From Callorhinchus milii (Eukaryota): DNA of 64,000 bases. Of the stretch, positions 63,102 to 64,000 are shown piece after piece; positions within the stretch are counted from its first letter, which is position 1; each line of letters begins with the position of its first letter. The notes under the pieces were generated by a model, which worked only from the letters and a program-made list of their open reading frames with translations, did not search any database and was not told where the DNA came from. Both the position numbers and the translations under genes were made by a program. The DNA lies in the NCBI RefSeq assembly GCF_018977255.1, contig NW_024704742.1, positions 41,542,001 through 41,606,000 of the forward strand, read 5' to 3'.

Positions 63102-63517
63102 TTTGTATTATAAAGATAAATCTTCACAAACTAAACCTACCAGATTCTGAGATGTCATAGGTATAAATTCTTGGCTCCACAGATTTACAATTTACAAGCC
63201 CATGTTTTTTTCTGTGATAAGTCTGCTTTCTCCTGATAAGGTACATTCAGTAAATTGCATTTACTGGAATGAACTTTTCAAGGTTTGTTTTTTGATCTAA
63301 TTTGACAATCTGAGACAGCTTGGCATATTCATCATCAAAACCCATCATTTGAAGTTTTTCATCTGGACCCTGAGATCAAAAGAGACTTCCTATCTTGAAG
63401 ATAGAGTTTTTCCCTGGTAGCTGGTGGACAAAAGAATTTGGTTGGAGTTTGAATTGCTTCTGCACATGTGCAGAGGCCAGGCACAACTACAAGAACTTTT
63501 AATTCAGCAACAAATTT

Positions 63518-63636
63518 TATAATAATAATAATCCTTGGATTTAATATAGCCCCTTATCACGTCATTGAGACGTCGCAAAGCGCTTCACAGGATATACTGT
63601 AAAATAGATTGACTGCTTATTTTGTGGGTGAATTTT
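63518..63636 (-). mobile_element. SINE tail
   Basis: (AAT)n + 'ccttggatttaatatagcccc...caaagcgcttcacagg'. Confidence 0.8.
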
Positions 63637-63907
63637 GGCCTTTATTCAAAGATTATTTCAAGATTATTAAATAAGATTATTTCAAAGACTCTTTTTACTG
63701 CTAATAGCTACTAGGTAGGTTGACAACTGAGTCGAGTTCAGATCAGAAGTAATATTCAAGCTGCATGGTGTTCAGGTTTCCTTCTAAAGTACACTTTTGG
63801 TCAAAGCCATATAACGGAGTTTCCCAGGTCCTAGAGACTGTGCAGAGCTATATGCACAACTTTTTATACTATCCTTGTCTCTTTATATACACAACCTTCT
63901 ATATTGT

Positions 63908-63980
63908 ATTCAAATGCTCCGGGACGCTACCCTGGGTGGGGGGTGGGGGAGGCTATATAAATGCAAATTGTTGTTGTTGT
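63908..63980 (+). mobile_element. L2 3' tail
   Basis: 'tgctccgggacgctaccctgg...ggctatataaatgcaaa(ttg)n'. Confidence 0.65.
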
Positions 63981-64000
63981 ATTCATCTCTATACACTGGG

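Overview
This is AT-rich vertebrate intronic or intergenic DNA dominated by retroposon relics. I recognise no host protein-coding gene, RNA gene, CRISPR array or prokaryotic system. Repeat content: (i) 5'-truncated L2-clade LINE fragments, one retaining the RT YADD motif; (ii) CR1-clade LINE fragments; (iii) an old tRNA-headed Deu-domain SINE (SacSINE1/AmnSINE-like); (iv) a younger tRNA-Ala-headed SINE sharing the Deu 3' half and an L2-type tail; (v) non-autonomous DNA transposons, including a 1.28 kb hAT with TIRs and an 8-bp TSD, a Charlie-like MITE and palindromic MITE-like relics; (vi) CA/GA and TG-rich simple repeats. This repertoire suggests a cartilaginous fish, possibly a chimaera (inference only). 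The most notable observation is a [SINE - TG-rich linker - SINE] composite present nearly identically at 34.3 kb and 41.8 kb, with the 34.3 kb copy splitting an older SINE, so it appears to have moved as a unit. Most long ORFs in the track are LINE remnants or simple-repeat read-throughs. Boundaries of degraded repeats were estimated by eye and are approximate; family names come from recalled consensus features, not a search.
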